The notes beneath the pieces are model-generated. The model saw nothing but the letters and a program-made list of their open reading frames with translations. It was not told where the DNA came from and searched no databases. A stretch of DNA of 64,000 nt from an uncultured Alphaproteobacteria bacterium (lineage in GTDB: Bacteria; Pseudomonadota; Alphaproteobacteria; Rhizobiales; Beijerinckiaceae): assembly GCA_963785995.1 (NCBI GenBank), contig CAWAXL010000012.1:1556-65555 (forward strand), given 5' to 3'. Below, piece by piece: positions 17,990-31,497 of this stretch. The number at the start of each line of letters is the position of its first letter. Position 1 is the first letter of the stretch. A program made the position numbers and the translations under genes.

Positions 17990-18205
17990 TTGAATCCAGA
18001 GACTTGGCCGCAAACGCTGGGGCGATTGGCGCTGAATTTTCATCGCAGAAGGGAGTGGACTTCTGCGGCGAAGGGAGCGTCACTGTGCCATGCCGAGATA
18101 AGGGCCGGTTGGCCCATCCGGGATCCTGCCCCGCTGGCGATGGTGCCACTGCGGGGCTTCGGTAGTGACGGCGCGTGGTGCCGTCGCAACTGGAAGGATC
18201 CGCAA

Positions 18206-18553
18206 ATGTCGCACAGCAACCCCCTCTCAGAGACCAAGATTGCGCGCGCCAAGAGCCGCACGAAAAGGCCTGCGAAGCCTGGAAACATTCCTTCGGGTTC
18301 GACCCGCAGCGGGACCAAACAGGAGGCCGTCCTTACATTGCTGAGACAGCCCAAGGGGACAACGATCGCCGCCATCATGAAGGCGACGGGCTGGCAGGAG
18401 CACTCGGTCCGCGGCTTCTTTGCCGCTGTGGTGCGCAAGAAGCTCGGCTTGACACTGATATCGGAGAAGCCCGGGGCCGAGCGCGTTTATCGTGTACCTG
18501 CCGGACCTCCGTCCAAATCGAAGCCGAAGATCTCCATATCGCCGGCCGCTTAG
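18206..18553 (+). CDS. DUF3489-domain protein
   Basis: [37 protein letters not shown]...RVYR. Confidence 0.9.
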   Translation: MSHSNPLSETKIARAKSRTKRPAKPGNIPSGSTRSGTKQEAVLTLLRQPKGTTIAAIMKATGWQEHSVRGFFAAVVRKKLGLTLISEKPGAERVYRVPAGPPSKSKPKISISPAA

Positions 18554-18555
18554 CC

Positions 18556-19032
18556 ATGGCTTCGATGGACTCTCGGGCGATCGAGGGCGAGATTGCTCGC
18601 TTTCGGTCGCTCGGCCTCGAGGACTTGCGGCGTGAATGGCGGCGGCTCCATCACAGTGAACCGCCGAGGATCAGTCGTGACCTGCTTGTCCTTGCCCTCG
18701 GTTACAGAGTTCAGGAAATCGTGCAGGGCGGGCTCAGCAAGGCGACCCGGCGCAATCTGCAAACGATGGCGAAGGCCTTGCAGACAACGGGCCGGGTTGG
18801 CCCCACACCGGGCCTCAGCCTGAAGCCCGGCGCACGTCTGGTTCGGGAATGGCGTGGCCGCACGCACACCGTCACGGTTACGGAAGACGGGTTCGAATAT
18901 GCCGGGACGCGCTATCCGTCCCTGACCAAGATCGCCAAAACAATTACCGGAGCGCAGTGGTCGGGTCCGCGTTTCTTTGGGCTGTTAGCGGCAGGTGCGG
19001 CGCGTCCGAGCCATGGGGGGCGCGATGGGTGA
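18556..19032 (+). CDS. DUF2924-domain protein
   Basis: LRREWRRL...LGYRVQE..QGGLS...PGARLVREWRG...SLTKIAKTITGAQWSGPRFFGL. Confidence 0.92.
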   Translation: MASMDSRAIEGEIARFRSLGLEDLRREWRRLHHSEPPRISRDLLVLALGYRVQEIVQGGLSKATRRNLQTMAKALQTTGRVGPTPGLSLKPGARLVREWRGRTHTVTVTEDGFEYAGTRYPSLTKIAKTITGAQWSGPRFFGLLAAGAARPSHGGRDG

Positions 19033-20767
19033 ATCGGAAAAGATGCCGCGACGGTCCGCCAAAAAGACCCGCTGTGCGATTTACACACGAAAATCGTCGG
19101 AGGAAGGCCTGGAGCAGGCCTTCAACTCGCTCGATGCCCAGCGGGAAGCCTGCGCCGCCTTCATTGCATCCCAAAAGCACGAAGGCTGGACGGTGTTGTC
19201 GACGCTCTATGATGATGGCGGGTTTTCCGGCGGCACGATGCAGCGTCCAGCCCTGAAAAGGCTGATCGCCGACATCGAGGCCGGCCAGATCGACGTGATC
19301 GTCGTTTACAAGGTCGACCGGTTGACACGAGCGCTCTCCGATTTTGCCAAGCTCGTCGAGGTCTTTGACCGCCGCGGCGTCTCGTTCGTATCGATCACCC
19401 AGCAATTCAACACCACCACCAGCATGGGACGGCTGACGCTGAATGTCCTTTTGTCCTTCGCCCAGTTCGAGCGGGAAGTCACCGGCGAACGAATCCGCGA
19501 CAAGGTCGCCGCATCCAAGAAAAAGGGCCTGTGGATGGGCGGCATGCCGCCCCTGGGGTATGACGTGAAAAACCGCAAGCTCGTCGTTAACGACGCCGAG
19601 GCGCGCATCGTTGTCGAGATCTATCGGCGCTATCTCGCGCTCAAGTCGGTTCACGCGCTGCGGGACGAGCTTGCTGACGCCGGGATCAAGAGCAAGCGCC
19701 GACTGCGGCCCGACGGCGCCGAATATGGGGGCCAGAAGTTCTCCCGCGGGGCGCTTTATCTGATCCTCCAGAACCGTCTTTACCGCGGCGAGATATCCCA
19801 CAAGGGCAATATCTATCCCGGCGAGCATCCGGCGATTGTCGACAAGTCTTTGTGGGACGAGGTTCAGGCCGTGCTGGCCGCAAACCGCGTAGAGCGGGCG
19901 GCGGGTGCGCGAGGAAGGCACCCGAGCCTGCTGACCGGCATGGTTTTTGACGAGACCGGCGAGCGCCTGACACCAACTCACGCAGTCAAGAAGGGAACCC
20001 GCTACCGGTACTATGTTTCGACCTCGCTCGTCACCGGCGCGGGAAAGAAACGTTCGATCGGCCGGCGCATCCCGGCCGGCAATTTGGAAGGCCTGGTGAT
20101 CAACAAACTCCGCACCTTTCTCGCTGATCCCGGAGCAATCCTCGATGCGGCTGGCAGTGAATCGTACAGTGGTTCAGAGCAGAGCCAACTGATCGAACGT
20201 GGCCGTCAGATCGCGGAAGACCTCGGAACACACGCACCTGACAAAGTCAAAGCGATGCTCATGGCCCTGCTCTGCCGTGTGGAAATCCGATCCGATCGCA
20301 TCGACATCACGCTCTCTCGATGCCGGCTCATCGAGCTGCTGGCGGGGGCGAATAATCTGAAGATTGAACATCACGGACAGCAGAACGCACTTGGCGATAT
20401 GCTGACACTGACGGTGCCGGTGAGTCTGAAGCGCGTCGGTCGCGAAATGCGGATGCTGGTCGAGAACGCCGATGATCAGACGGCAGCCGATCCCAGCTTG
20501 CTCAGAATCCTGGCTCGCGCTCACCACATCCAGGCGCGCCTGATCCAAAACCCCAAGCTCACCGTGCATGACATTGCTCGTGAGGAGCACGTATCGGCAG
20601 CCTACCTCTACACCCTACTGCGTCTTCCCTGGCTGGCACCCGACATCACCACGGCCATCATCAATGGCCGAAAGCCGCCGCAACTCTCCGCCCAGACATT
20701 GATGCGTCTGACGCCGCGGCTGCCGGCCGGCTGGTCCGAACAGCGGAAGCTCCTCGGCTTCCGCTGA
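19025..20767 (+). CDS. Large serine recombinase (island integrase, SpoIVCA-like)
   Basis: CAIYTRKSSEEGL, YKVDRLTR, SFAQFERE...ERIRDK, GGMPPLGY; intact. Confidence 0.95.
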   Translation: MGESEKMPRRSAKKTRCAIYTRKSSEEGLEQAFNSLDAQREACAAFIASQKHEGWTVLSTLYDDGGFSGGTMQRPALKRLIADIEAGQIDVIVVYKVDRLTRALSDFAKLVEVFDRRGVSFVSITQQFNTTTSMGRLTLNVLLSFAQFEREVTGERIRDKVAASKKKGLWMGGMPPLGYDVKNRKLVVNDAEARIVVEIYRRYLALKSVHALRDELADAGIKSKRRLRPDGAEYGGQKFSRGALYLILQNRLYRGEISHKGNIYPGEHPAIVDKSLWDEVQAVLAANRVERAAGARGRHPSLLTGMVFDETGERLTPTHAVKKGTRYRYYVSTSLVTGAGKKRSIGRRIPAGNLEGLVINKLRTFLADPGAILDAAGSESYSGSEQSQLIERGRQIAEDLGTHAPDKVKAMLMALLCRVEIRSDRIDITLSRCRLIELLAGANNLKIEHHGQQNALGDMLTLTVPVSLKRVGREMRMLVENADDQTAADPSLLRILARAHHIQARLIQNPKLTVHDIAREEHVSAAYLYTLLRLPWLAPDITTAIINGRKPPQLSAQTLMRLTPRLPAGWSEQRKLLGFR

Positions 20768-21045
20768 GAACAAATCGTCCATTCAGCGTTCTGTAAATTT
20801 CCGCGCGCCCATCTTGGCGTCGCGCGCAATTTTTGGCTTCGCCTGACGCCGGCTCCGCCCGCGAAAAAAGTCAACCACGAAATGGCGCCGGAGAGATTTT
20901 CACGACGGCCGCGGCCGAAATCGTCCCTGAAACCGTCTCTGCTGCGAATCGCTATGGAAGTAAGGACCGATAACCCCCGCAAATTCGTGGGAAAATAGGC
21001 TTCCTAGAAAGACAAAAACTAAAGTAATATCAATTAGTTAATAAC

Positions 21046-21120
21046 TGGCTGGGGCGGGAGGATTCGAACCTCCGCATGGCGGAATCAAAATCCGCTGCCT
21101 TACCGCTTGGCGACGCCCCA
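21046..21120 (-). tRNA. tRNA-Gln (anticodon TTG)
   Basis: Reverse complement TGGGGCGTCGCCAAGCGGTAAGGCAGCGGATTTTGATTCCGCCATGCGGAGGTTCGAATCCTCCCGCCCCAGCCA; cloverleaf with encoded CCA. Confidence 0.97.
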
Positions 21121-21256
21121 ATGCCGTTGTCTCAGGCTGTCGCCCACGGCGGTCGGACCATAATGCGCGGCGAAGCAGCCTGCAACCGCTCTTATAGGCT
21201 GTTTTCACCAACCGATTTTCGAGATTCCCAACCGTGGCTGGAACCTCCGAACCCAT

Positions 21257-21751
21257 TCAGTGTTCAGCCGACCTCGGCACATGGCGGCCGGCCAGAAGCC
21301 AATAAGTTGAACCGGACACGACCCCGGACACAAAGAAGACCAGCGCAAACCGCAGCTCCGCGGGGCTGGCATTCGTCGCCCCTTGTAAATGGAGTACTTC
21401 GCGCAGGATCCATGGCGCCGAAGCCGCGATAAATCCGGTCGCGCCAGCGTACCAAAGGATTGAGCGCACTCTGGCGATCTCGCCGATGGCGGCAATGGCA
21501 ATCAAGGGAACGACACAAATCGACATGAGGGCCGTCCAGGCCAAACGCGGAAGAAGAGCCAACTCCTCGGCATTTAAATTTCCGTCGAAATCGGCCTCGG
21601 AGAGCGCCAGCAACCCAAACTGGATCAGAGCAAAACTCGCATCGCGGGTTATCGGATCGATGAGCAAAGCGAGCGGCAAAAAAATGAGCGCCACGCCAAC
21701 CGCGATCACCATCGAAAACAAAATGACGGACGCTCTAAGCAGCCAAGCCAT
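21257..21751 (-). CDS. Hypothetical membrane protein
   Basis: 164 aa, about four hydrophobic segments, ends YWLLAGR. Confidence 0.75.
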   Translation of the reverse strand: MAWLLRASVILFSMVIAVGVALIFLPLALLIDPITRDASFALIQFGLLALSEADFDGNLNAEELALLPRLAWTALMSICVVPLIAIAAIGEIARVRSILWYAGATGFIAASAPWILREVLHLQGATNASPAELRFALVFFVSGVVSGSTYWLLAGRHVPRSAEH

Positions 21752-22062
21752 GCTGAGCTTTCGTTTGATCAGCCATGCCCTCGGGCTGCTTTGATCACGC
21801 TGGGATCCAGCCGTTGATGTAATTGTTTTTCAAAGCAGTGTCCAATGAGGCGGATGCCCTCAGGGGAGGATTTGGACGAATCTGGGCCGCAGAGTGCCGG
21901 TACGGCCCGAGCCACGCTAAGGCAAAGCAAAATGGCAGGTTTGCAGAGATGGAATTTTGTCGAGAATTTTCTTAAATTGAGAGACTATATTTGGCTGCGG
22001 GCGGTCGGTGGCTAAATCTTCGATGGACCCGCCTAGGCCGGGACAAGGTGAAAGCGCCTGGA

Positions 22063-22278
22063 ATGTATATCATCGCCCGCAATATCACCGGCCCCCGCTT
22101 GCGCTGCGAAGCGCTGATGGTCGATAAGAAAAGCTTCACGCCTTGGCCGCCGGTGACCGAGGACGGCTGGCGGCGCGCCTATAAATTCCGTGACCGGCTT
22201 ATGGCCGAGGTCGTACGCCTTGAAATCGATCCTTTGGGCGAACAGCTCAAGGTCATCGAGGCGGTTTATATCCGCTGA
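22063..22278 (+). CDS. Small hypothetical protein
   Basis: [19 protein letters not shown]..., protein-like composition in an otherwise empty gap. Confidence 0.55.
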   Translation: MYIIARNITGPRLRCEALMVDKKSFTPWPPVTEDGWRRAYKFRDRLMAEVVRLEIDPLGEQLKVIEAVYIR

Positions 22279-22290
22279 TCAACGCGCCAG

Positions 22291-22693
22291 CTATTCCGGC
22301 ACAAACTTCATCGCGACGCCATTGATACAATAGCGCAGATGGGTTGGCGGCGGTCCATCCGGAAACACGTGACCTAAATGGCTGCCGCAGCGGCTGCAAT
22401 GAACCTCCGTCCGCACCATTCCGTAGCTGCGGTCCGAGGAGCTCTCCACAGCGCCTTCGAGCGGGCTCATTGAAGCTCGGCCAGCCGGTGCCGCTGTCAA
22501 ATTTTTTGTGCGATACGAATAAGTTCTGGCCGCATCCGGCACAGAGGAAGATGCCTTGACGTTTTTCATGATTGAGGGCGCAGCTGCCTGGCGCTTCCGT
22601 TCCATGCTTGCGCATGACGTCATATTGTTCCGGCGTGAGGAGGCGCCGCCATTCCTCGTCCGTGTGGGTCACTTCGAATGTCTTGGTTTGCAT
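22291..22693 (-). CDS. msrB: Methionine-R-sulfoxide reductase (one frameshift)
   Basis: [49 protein letters not shown]. Confidence 0.95.
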
Positions 22694-22752
22694 GACCCCT
22701 TCGCTCCTCAACCGGATAAAAACAAGACCTTCGGCGCTGGACAAAGCTCGAA

Positions 22753-25226
<2,474 letters not shown>

Positions 25227-25578
25227 GGAGATGTGAACTTTCTGATTCTGGGCAAGAGCTGAATTGCTGCAAATTCGACTATAGCCCAAAACGCGCCTGA
25301 AGGTCATGTTTTTTAATATGATTTTCGAGACCTTTTCGGGCCTGCGTGAAAGGCTGTCCACACTAGGTTTTGACGGGCTGCATAAGCCGCGGCCGAAATC
25401 ATGAGGCAGCCTCGGGGTCAAATCGGCGGCTCGGCGCGCCGCCGCGGTTACGATGCATGGGTCCGCCAAAGCAGCGATCGGCAGCAGGGATCAATCGAAA
25501 ACAGCTAATACTCGGGCACAGTCCCGGGCACGGCGCCCATGGAGCCAACGGGGCCGAGCGGACCCCGCGTCATCTGCG

Positions 25579-28245
25579 TCAGCCACGGTCCATGGCTCTG
25601 AACGGGATCATGCTCGCCACCGTTGTTGATCTCTCGGCAGCCACGCCGGCTACGGCTCTTCCGCCGATCAGAAGGCCGTTGGCGCGTCAGCGCCAATGAC
25701 CACCTTCTCGCCGTCGTGAATTTCTCCGGCGAGGATCAATTCGGCCAACGGGATCTTGCACGTTCTTTTGGATCACCCGCTTCAAAGGCCGCGCGCCATA
25801 GGCCGGATCATAGCCCTTCTCGGCGAGCCACGCGCGGGCCTCGGGCCGGAGTTCCAGCGTAATCTTGCGATCCTCCAGGAGCTTTGCCAGCCGCGCGAAT
25901 TGAATATCGACGATCGCCCCCATGTCCTCGCGGCGCAGCCGGTGGAACAGGATGATTTCGTCGATGCGATTGAGGAATTCCGGCCGGAAATGGCGCCCGC
26001 ACAACCTGCATCACTTCGGAATGGACGGCGGAGGAATCCTCACCCTCTTTCTGCAGGACGAGAAATTCGGCGCCGAGATTGGAGGTCATGACGATCGAGA
26101 ACATTGCGGAAATCGACCGTGCGGCCCTGCCCGTCGGTCAGGCGGCCGTCGTCAAGCACTTGCAGCAGGACGTTGAAGACATCCGGATGCGCTTTCTCGA
26201 TCTCGTCGAAGAGGACGACCTGATAGGGCCTGCGGCGCACCGCTTCGGTCAAGGCGCCGCCTTCCTCGTAGCCGACATAGCCTGGCGGCGCGCCAATCAG
26301 GCGGGCCACCGAATGTTTCTCCATATATTCCGACATGTCGATGCGCACGAGCGCGGTTTCGTCGTCGAAAAGAAACGCGGCGAGCGCCTTGGTGAGCTCG
26401 GTCTTGCCGACCCCGGTCGGCCCGAGGAACATGAAGGAGCCGATCGGGCGATTGGGGTCCTGCAGGCCCGCCCGGGCGCGCCGCACCGCGGTCGAGACCG
26501 CCTTCACCGCCTCCGCCTGGCCGACGACGCGGCGCGCCGAGCGCTTCCTCCATCTTCAAGAGCTTGTCGCGCTCGCCCTCGAGCATCTTATCGACCGGGA
26601 TGCCCGTCCAGCGCGAGACGACCTGCGCGACATGGTTGGCGGTTACCGCTTCGTCGACAAGAACGCCACCGCGTTCGGCCTCGGTCGCGGCGAGCTTTCT
26701 TTCGAGTTCGGGAATGACCCCATAGGCGAGCTCGCCCGCGCGTTGATATTCGCCGCGACGTTGCGCTTGGACGAGTTCGTTGCGGGCCGCCTCGAGCTGC
26801 TCCTTGAGCTTTTGCTCCGCGCCAAGCTTGTCCTTCTCGGCGTGCCAGCGCGCCGTCAGCGAAGCGGATTTTTCTTCAAGCTCGGCGAGCTCGCCGTTGA
26901 GCCTTTCCAAGACGCTCCTTCGAGGCGGAATCGGTTTCCTTTTTCAGAGCCTCCTGCTCGATCTTGAGCTGAATGATCCGGCGGTCGAATTCATCGAGCT
27001 CCTCCGGCTTTGAATCGACCTGCATGCGCAGACGCGAGCGCAGCTTCGTCGATCGAGATCGATCGCTTTGTCGGGAAGAAACCGGTCGGCGATATAACGG
27101 TGCGACAGGGTCGCGGCGGCGACGATCGCGGCATCGGTGATGCGCACGCCATGATGCAATTCGTATTTTTCCTTGAGACCGCGCAGAATCGAGATCGTAT
27201 CTTCGACGGTCGGCTCCGAGACGAACACCGGCTGGAAGCGTCGCGCGAGCGCGGCATCTTTTTCGACATGCTTACGATATTCATCGAGCGTCGTCGCACC
27301 GACGCAATGCAAGTTCGCCGCGCGCGAGAGCCGGTTTCAAGAGATTCGACGCATCCATCGCGCCATCCGCCTTGCCGGCGCCCACGAGCGTATGCATTTC
27401 GTCGATGAACAGAATAATCCCGCCCGCCGCGGCGGTGACTTCGTTCAGGACCGCCTTCAGCCTCTCCTCGAATTCGCCGCGATATTTCGCACCCGCGATG
27501 AGCGATCCCATGTCGAGCGCAAGAAGTTTCTTGTCGCGCAGGCTTTCCGGCACGTCACCATTGACGATGCGCAGGGCGAGGCCCTTCGACGATCGCGGTC
27601 TTGCCGACGCCGGGCTCGCCGATCAGGACCGGGATTGTTCTTCGTGCGCCGCGACAGAACTTGAATGGTTCGCCGGATCTCTTCGTCGCGGCCGATCACC
27701 GGATCGAGTTTTCCCGGAGCGGGCGGCCTCGGTGAGATCGCGCGCATATTTCTTCAACGCATCATAAGCGTTTTCAGCCGTCGGCGTTATCGGCGGTGCG
27801 GCCCTTGCGGAGATCCTCGATCGCCGCGTTGAGCAGTCTGCGGCGTGACACCGGCGCGCTCGAGAATTTTGCCGGCCTCGGTATTTTTTTCCATCGCGAG
27901 GGCGAGCAGAAGCCGCTCGACCGTGACATAGGAATCGCCCGCCTTTTGCGCGATCTTTTCGGCATTGTCGAAAATGCGCGCCGTCGCGGGCGCGAGATAG
28001 AGTTGCCCGGCGCCGGCGCCTTGGACTTTCGGCAATTTGGCAAGCGCGAGTTCGGTGTCGCGCAGCGCTTCGCGCGAGCGTCCCCCTGCCCTGTCGATGA
28101 GGCCGGCCGACAGCCCCTCCTCGTCGTCGAGTAGAACTTTCAAAATATGTTCGGGTGTGAATTGCTGATGCCCTTCGCGGATGGCAAGCGATTGGGCACT
28201 TTGGATGAAACCGCGCGCCCGTTCGGTGTATTTTTCAATATTCAT
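25579..28245 (-). CDS. clpB: Disaggregase ClpB (multiple frameshifts)
   Basis: [59 protein letters not shown]; long coiled-coil M domain. Confidence 0.96.
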
Positions 28246-28457
28246 GTCTTAGATCTCCCCGTCCGCAAAATTACCCCTAAGCAGCAAATCCTGCGGCCCT
28301 GCGAATGTGGCCCTTGTGGCGGCCCGTCAAATGAAATGTAGGGGGAAAACGCGGTCGCGGTAGGGGCGATGGCCGCGAAAGCTTATCCGATTGCGCCCTG
28401 ACGACCAATTGTCACGCTCCCTCCGGAACAATGGTCAAGGCAATACGGTCGAGGTTT

Positions 28458-28577
28458 CTAGAGCGGGATGAGGAAAAGTGGAAACCGGTTTTCCGCCAGC
28501 AGTCCCGCTCTGAACTTTTGGAATCGATCACGTTCACGATTTTGGATTGCAGTCAATCCAAAATCACCGTGATCTAA
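28458..28577. repeat. ~120-bp bipartite palindromic intergenic repeat (RIME/MITE-like), copy 1
   Basis: CTAGAGCGGGATGAGGAAAAGTGGAAACCGGTTTTCCGC...GATTTTGGATTG.....CAATCCAAAATC; near-identical inverted copy at 60729-60846. Confidence 0.9.
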
Positions 28578-28753
28578 GTCCGGGCGGGTTTTGGATGCGC
28601 CGCAGCGATCAATCTAAGCCTGCGATTTTTCGGGGCTGTTTCCAGGCCCGTGCGAACGGCCGATCGCGAAACGGGCGAAGAGGCGCACGCTTTTATAAAG
28701 CGCGTGCGCCGTGAGTATAAAGCCCTGCTGATCGGCCTTCAAAGCCAGGCCAA

Positions 28754-28999
28754 TCACCAGCGGCAAAACCGCCGGGGGCCCCAAGGTGTTGGCCGGAAAA
28801 AGCAGCGACGCCATGCACCCCAATTGCGCCGGCAGCCGCCCCAAGGGCCGCGATGCCAGCCAAATCCGCAGCCGCCCGCCACCTGCGTAATGTACGACTG
28901 CTGCTCCAACGGAAACAGCGCGGCAGGGGCAGCCCCTACATCAAACGAAACCAAGGCAATCATACAACCGGCAGCGAGAGCTGATGATTTTGGAAGCAT
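28754..28999 (-). CDS. Small secreted GCG_CRPN-type Cys/Trp/Arg-rich protein
   Basis: Signal-like N-terminus, VAGGCGFGWHRGPWGGCRRN motif, RBS GAGGT. Confidence 0.75.
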   Translation of the reverse strand: MLPKSSALAAGCMIALVSFDVGAAPAALFPLEQQSYITQVAGGCGFGWHRGPWGGCRRNWGAWRRCFFRPTPWGPRRFCRW

Positions 29000-29155
29000 G
29001 AAGGTCACCTCAATTGGCAGCATGCAGCCCAATCATTATCTGCTGTCGCGCGCAAATCAAGGTCCAAGAACCCAGGAGCGAAGACTGTCCTGCCTTACTC
29101 TTGAATGCGAATCATCGGGACCCAATTCATTGGCGCTCCCCGCTCAACCGTGCGG

Positions 29156-30087
29156 TCACTGCCATTTCTGCTTTGCCGCGGCGGCGCCGTCGCGGGCGCG
29201 GATGAAAGCCATTTCCGGCATGTTCCGCTTCCGCCGGATCGGCGAGCAAGGGAGGTCAGGGGTTCATCGGCGGGCCCCGCGTCATGAACTTCGGCCGGCA
29301 CGCGAACCGGAGCGGTGATGAAGGCCGGCAAGACCGTTGCCTGATCGATGCCAGCATCCGCCATTCTGCGCTTCGTCGCGCTGATCGACTCGGATCGAAG
29401 TTTCATTGCGATAATCGCGCGGCCCCGGCTGCGGCCGTGACTGCGGCCATCCGATCACGGCCGCGGCCATTGCGGTCTTGATAGGGCCGCGTCCTGATAG
29501 GATTTTTCCGGTAGGTTCTGGTATTCGCGGTCCCGGAAAGTCCGGTCCTGAAACGGCCGCTCCGGACGCGGGCCGCGTTCCGGACGGGGAAGTCTGGTCG
29601 ACGCCTTGTCTTTCGCCCGCGTCTGTATAGTCAGGGACGGTCGGGCCATGCCTGGGCTGAGCGGAATGAGGCTGCGGCTGCAAGGCGAGGCTTGCGGCGG
29701 CGGCAGGAGCAAAACGCTCGGCGGGCGATGCAAATCGGTCGGGGATACCGCCGAAAGTCGCTGTCGTCCTCGGCCTCTTCCGATGAGGGCTTCCGCCGGG
29801 CTGGCGCTGATAGGTGCCGGGCCCTTGTTGCTGAGCTTGCTGAGCCGCAGCGATCAGCCGGAAATAATGTTCGGCGTGCTGGAGATAGCTCTCCGCCATG
29901 ACCGGGTCACCCGAGACTTGCGCGTCGCGCGCCAACTGGAGGTATTTCTCGCCGATGTGGTGGGCGGTGCCACGAATTTTCACGTCGGGGCCACTCGATT
30001 CATAGGACCTCGTCAGAGGGTTTGGCCCCTTTCGCGGTTGTTGTTTGGGCGGCCACGCATACGTTTGTTGTTTTGTGCTGGTCTCAT
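29156..30087 (-). CDS. DUF4167-domain protein (frameshifts; 3' end approximate)
   Basis: KRMRGR...SGPDVKIRGTAHHIGEKYLQLARDA...AESYLQHAEHYFR. Confidence 0.88.
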
Positions 30088-30569
30088 CGATGATCCTTGA
30101 GGTGGCATCGTATTTCGCGACGGGTCATACCCAAATCGCAGATTTGCACATCGCCGGCCGGGCGAGCGTTCACCGTCCTTGTCGAACCCCTTTTTCAAAA
30201 TACGAAGGCGCGAGCGAATACTCGGCTCTCCAGCCAGTGACAAAGGTGCTCACGGAACCGCCGTGGCAACCGATCCTCGACCCATGAATTGATAGAGTCT
30301 CAGAGTCTGGGGATATTGACCCGGCCCCGCCGGGTTTCGCAGTACACCCCGAACCGGAGATCATCTGAAATATCCGCACCTCGCGCTTTGACTGGCTACA
30401 GCTCGGCATTTCGTCAGCATTTGCGTGGACAGCGGATCTCAACGTCAATCGGAACTGTGCACCATCAGCGAAAAAACAATTCTTAACGATCGGAACTTAG
30501 TCGCTTTCACGCCAAACGCCAAGAGCTTTTGGAAAAATATATCTCCTATTCCAGGCGAGCGTGACCAAT

Positions 30570-31489
30570 TTGTCACGCCCCGCTCTCCTGCCACGCGCGC
30601 CAGAACCACGCGCTTATGCTCCGTGGAAGGTCAAGCCGAACTTCGACAGGCACGCCGAAGGCATTGACGAGGAACGATTCGACGGCTGACTTTGACCCGC
30701 CCCGAGTTCCAGCGCGATCAAGCCGCCGGGCGCCACGAGATTCGGCAACGCCGGAATGATTTCGCGATAGGCCGCCAAACCGTCTTCGCCTCCATCGAGG
30801 GCCAGACGCGGGTCATGATCGCGAACCTCCGGTCGACAGCGCGGCAATATCGCACCGCTCGCGATATAGGGCGGATTGGAAACGATCACATCGAAACGGC
30901 CCCCGCAGGGCGCTCGGTCCAATCACCGCAGACAATGAGCCCGCGCGCGAGCAAGCCCGAAAGCGGCGAGATTGTCCCGCGCGATCGCGCAGGCGGCGGC
31001 CGAAATATCGACGCCCGACACCCGACGAATTCGGCAGAGCTCTGCAGAAGCGAGCAAAGAATGGCTCCAGAGCCGGTCCCAAGGTCGAGAATCCGCCAGT
31101 TTGTCGCGAGGAAAGCGCGCCGCATGGTCGAGCACAGCCTCGATCAAGCGTCTCGGTTTCGGCCGCGGGTCAAGAACACGCTCGGACCAATCTTGAACCG
31201 CGCTTGCCAAAACTCCCGGTGGCCGAGGATTCGCGACACCGGCTCGCGCCGCAGCCGGCGGGCCGCGAAGGACGGCCAGGGTTGCGGCGGCCGAGCCAAG
31301 CGGATCGATCGGGATCGCGAACGAGATGTCGCGTGGTCCATACCGAGCGCCGCACAAAGCAGCACGCGGCCATCGATGGTGCGCGGATTTGATCCCGCCG
31401 TCGCTCAAAACGCGAATGAGCTACGCTGAGCGCCGCTCCCGCGTCATGCGCCGGGCCGAACTCCAGGCGGATCGGCGCAATTCTGCCAT
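30570..31489 (-). CDS. prmC: Release factor glutamine methyltransferase PrmC/HemK (frameshifts; 3' end approximate)
   Basis: REPVSRILGHREFW, ILDLGTGSGAI, VSNPPYI, ALDGGEDGL. Confidence 0.93.
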
Positions 31490-31497
31490 TTCCGCGC

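Larger units (their letters stand above)
1..21070. mobile_element. Genomic island at the 3' end of tRNA-Gln(TTG); left boundary not in window
   Basis: DUF3489-DUF2924-LSR module ends ~280 bp from the tRNA 3' end. Dense IS, intron and recombinase debris lies to the left and housekeeping genes to the right. Confidence 0.85.

Noticed and set aside
28330-28400. Sigma-32 promoter for clpB
   Set aside because: A -10-like CCTACAT is present, but there is no convincing CTTG -35 at the proper spacing.
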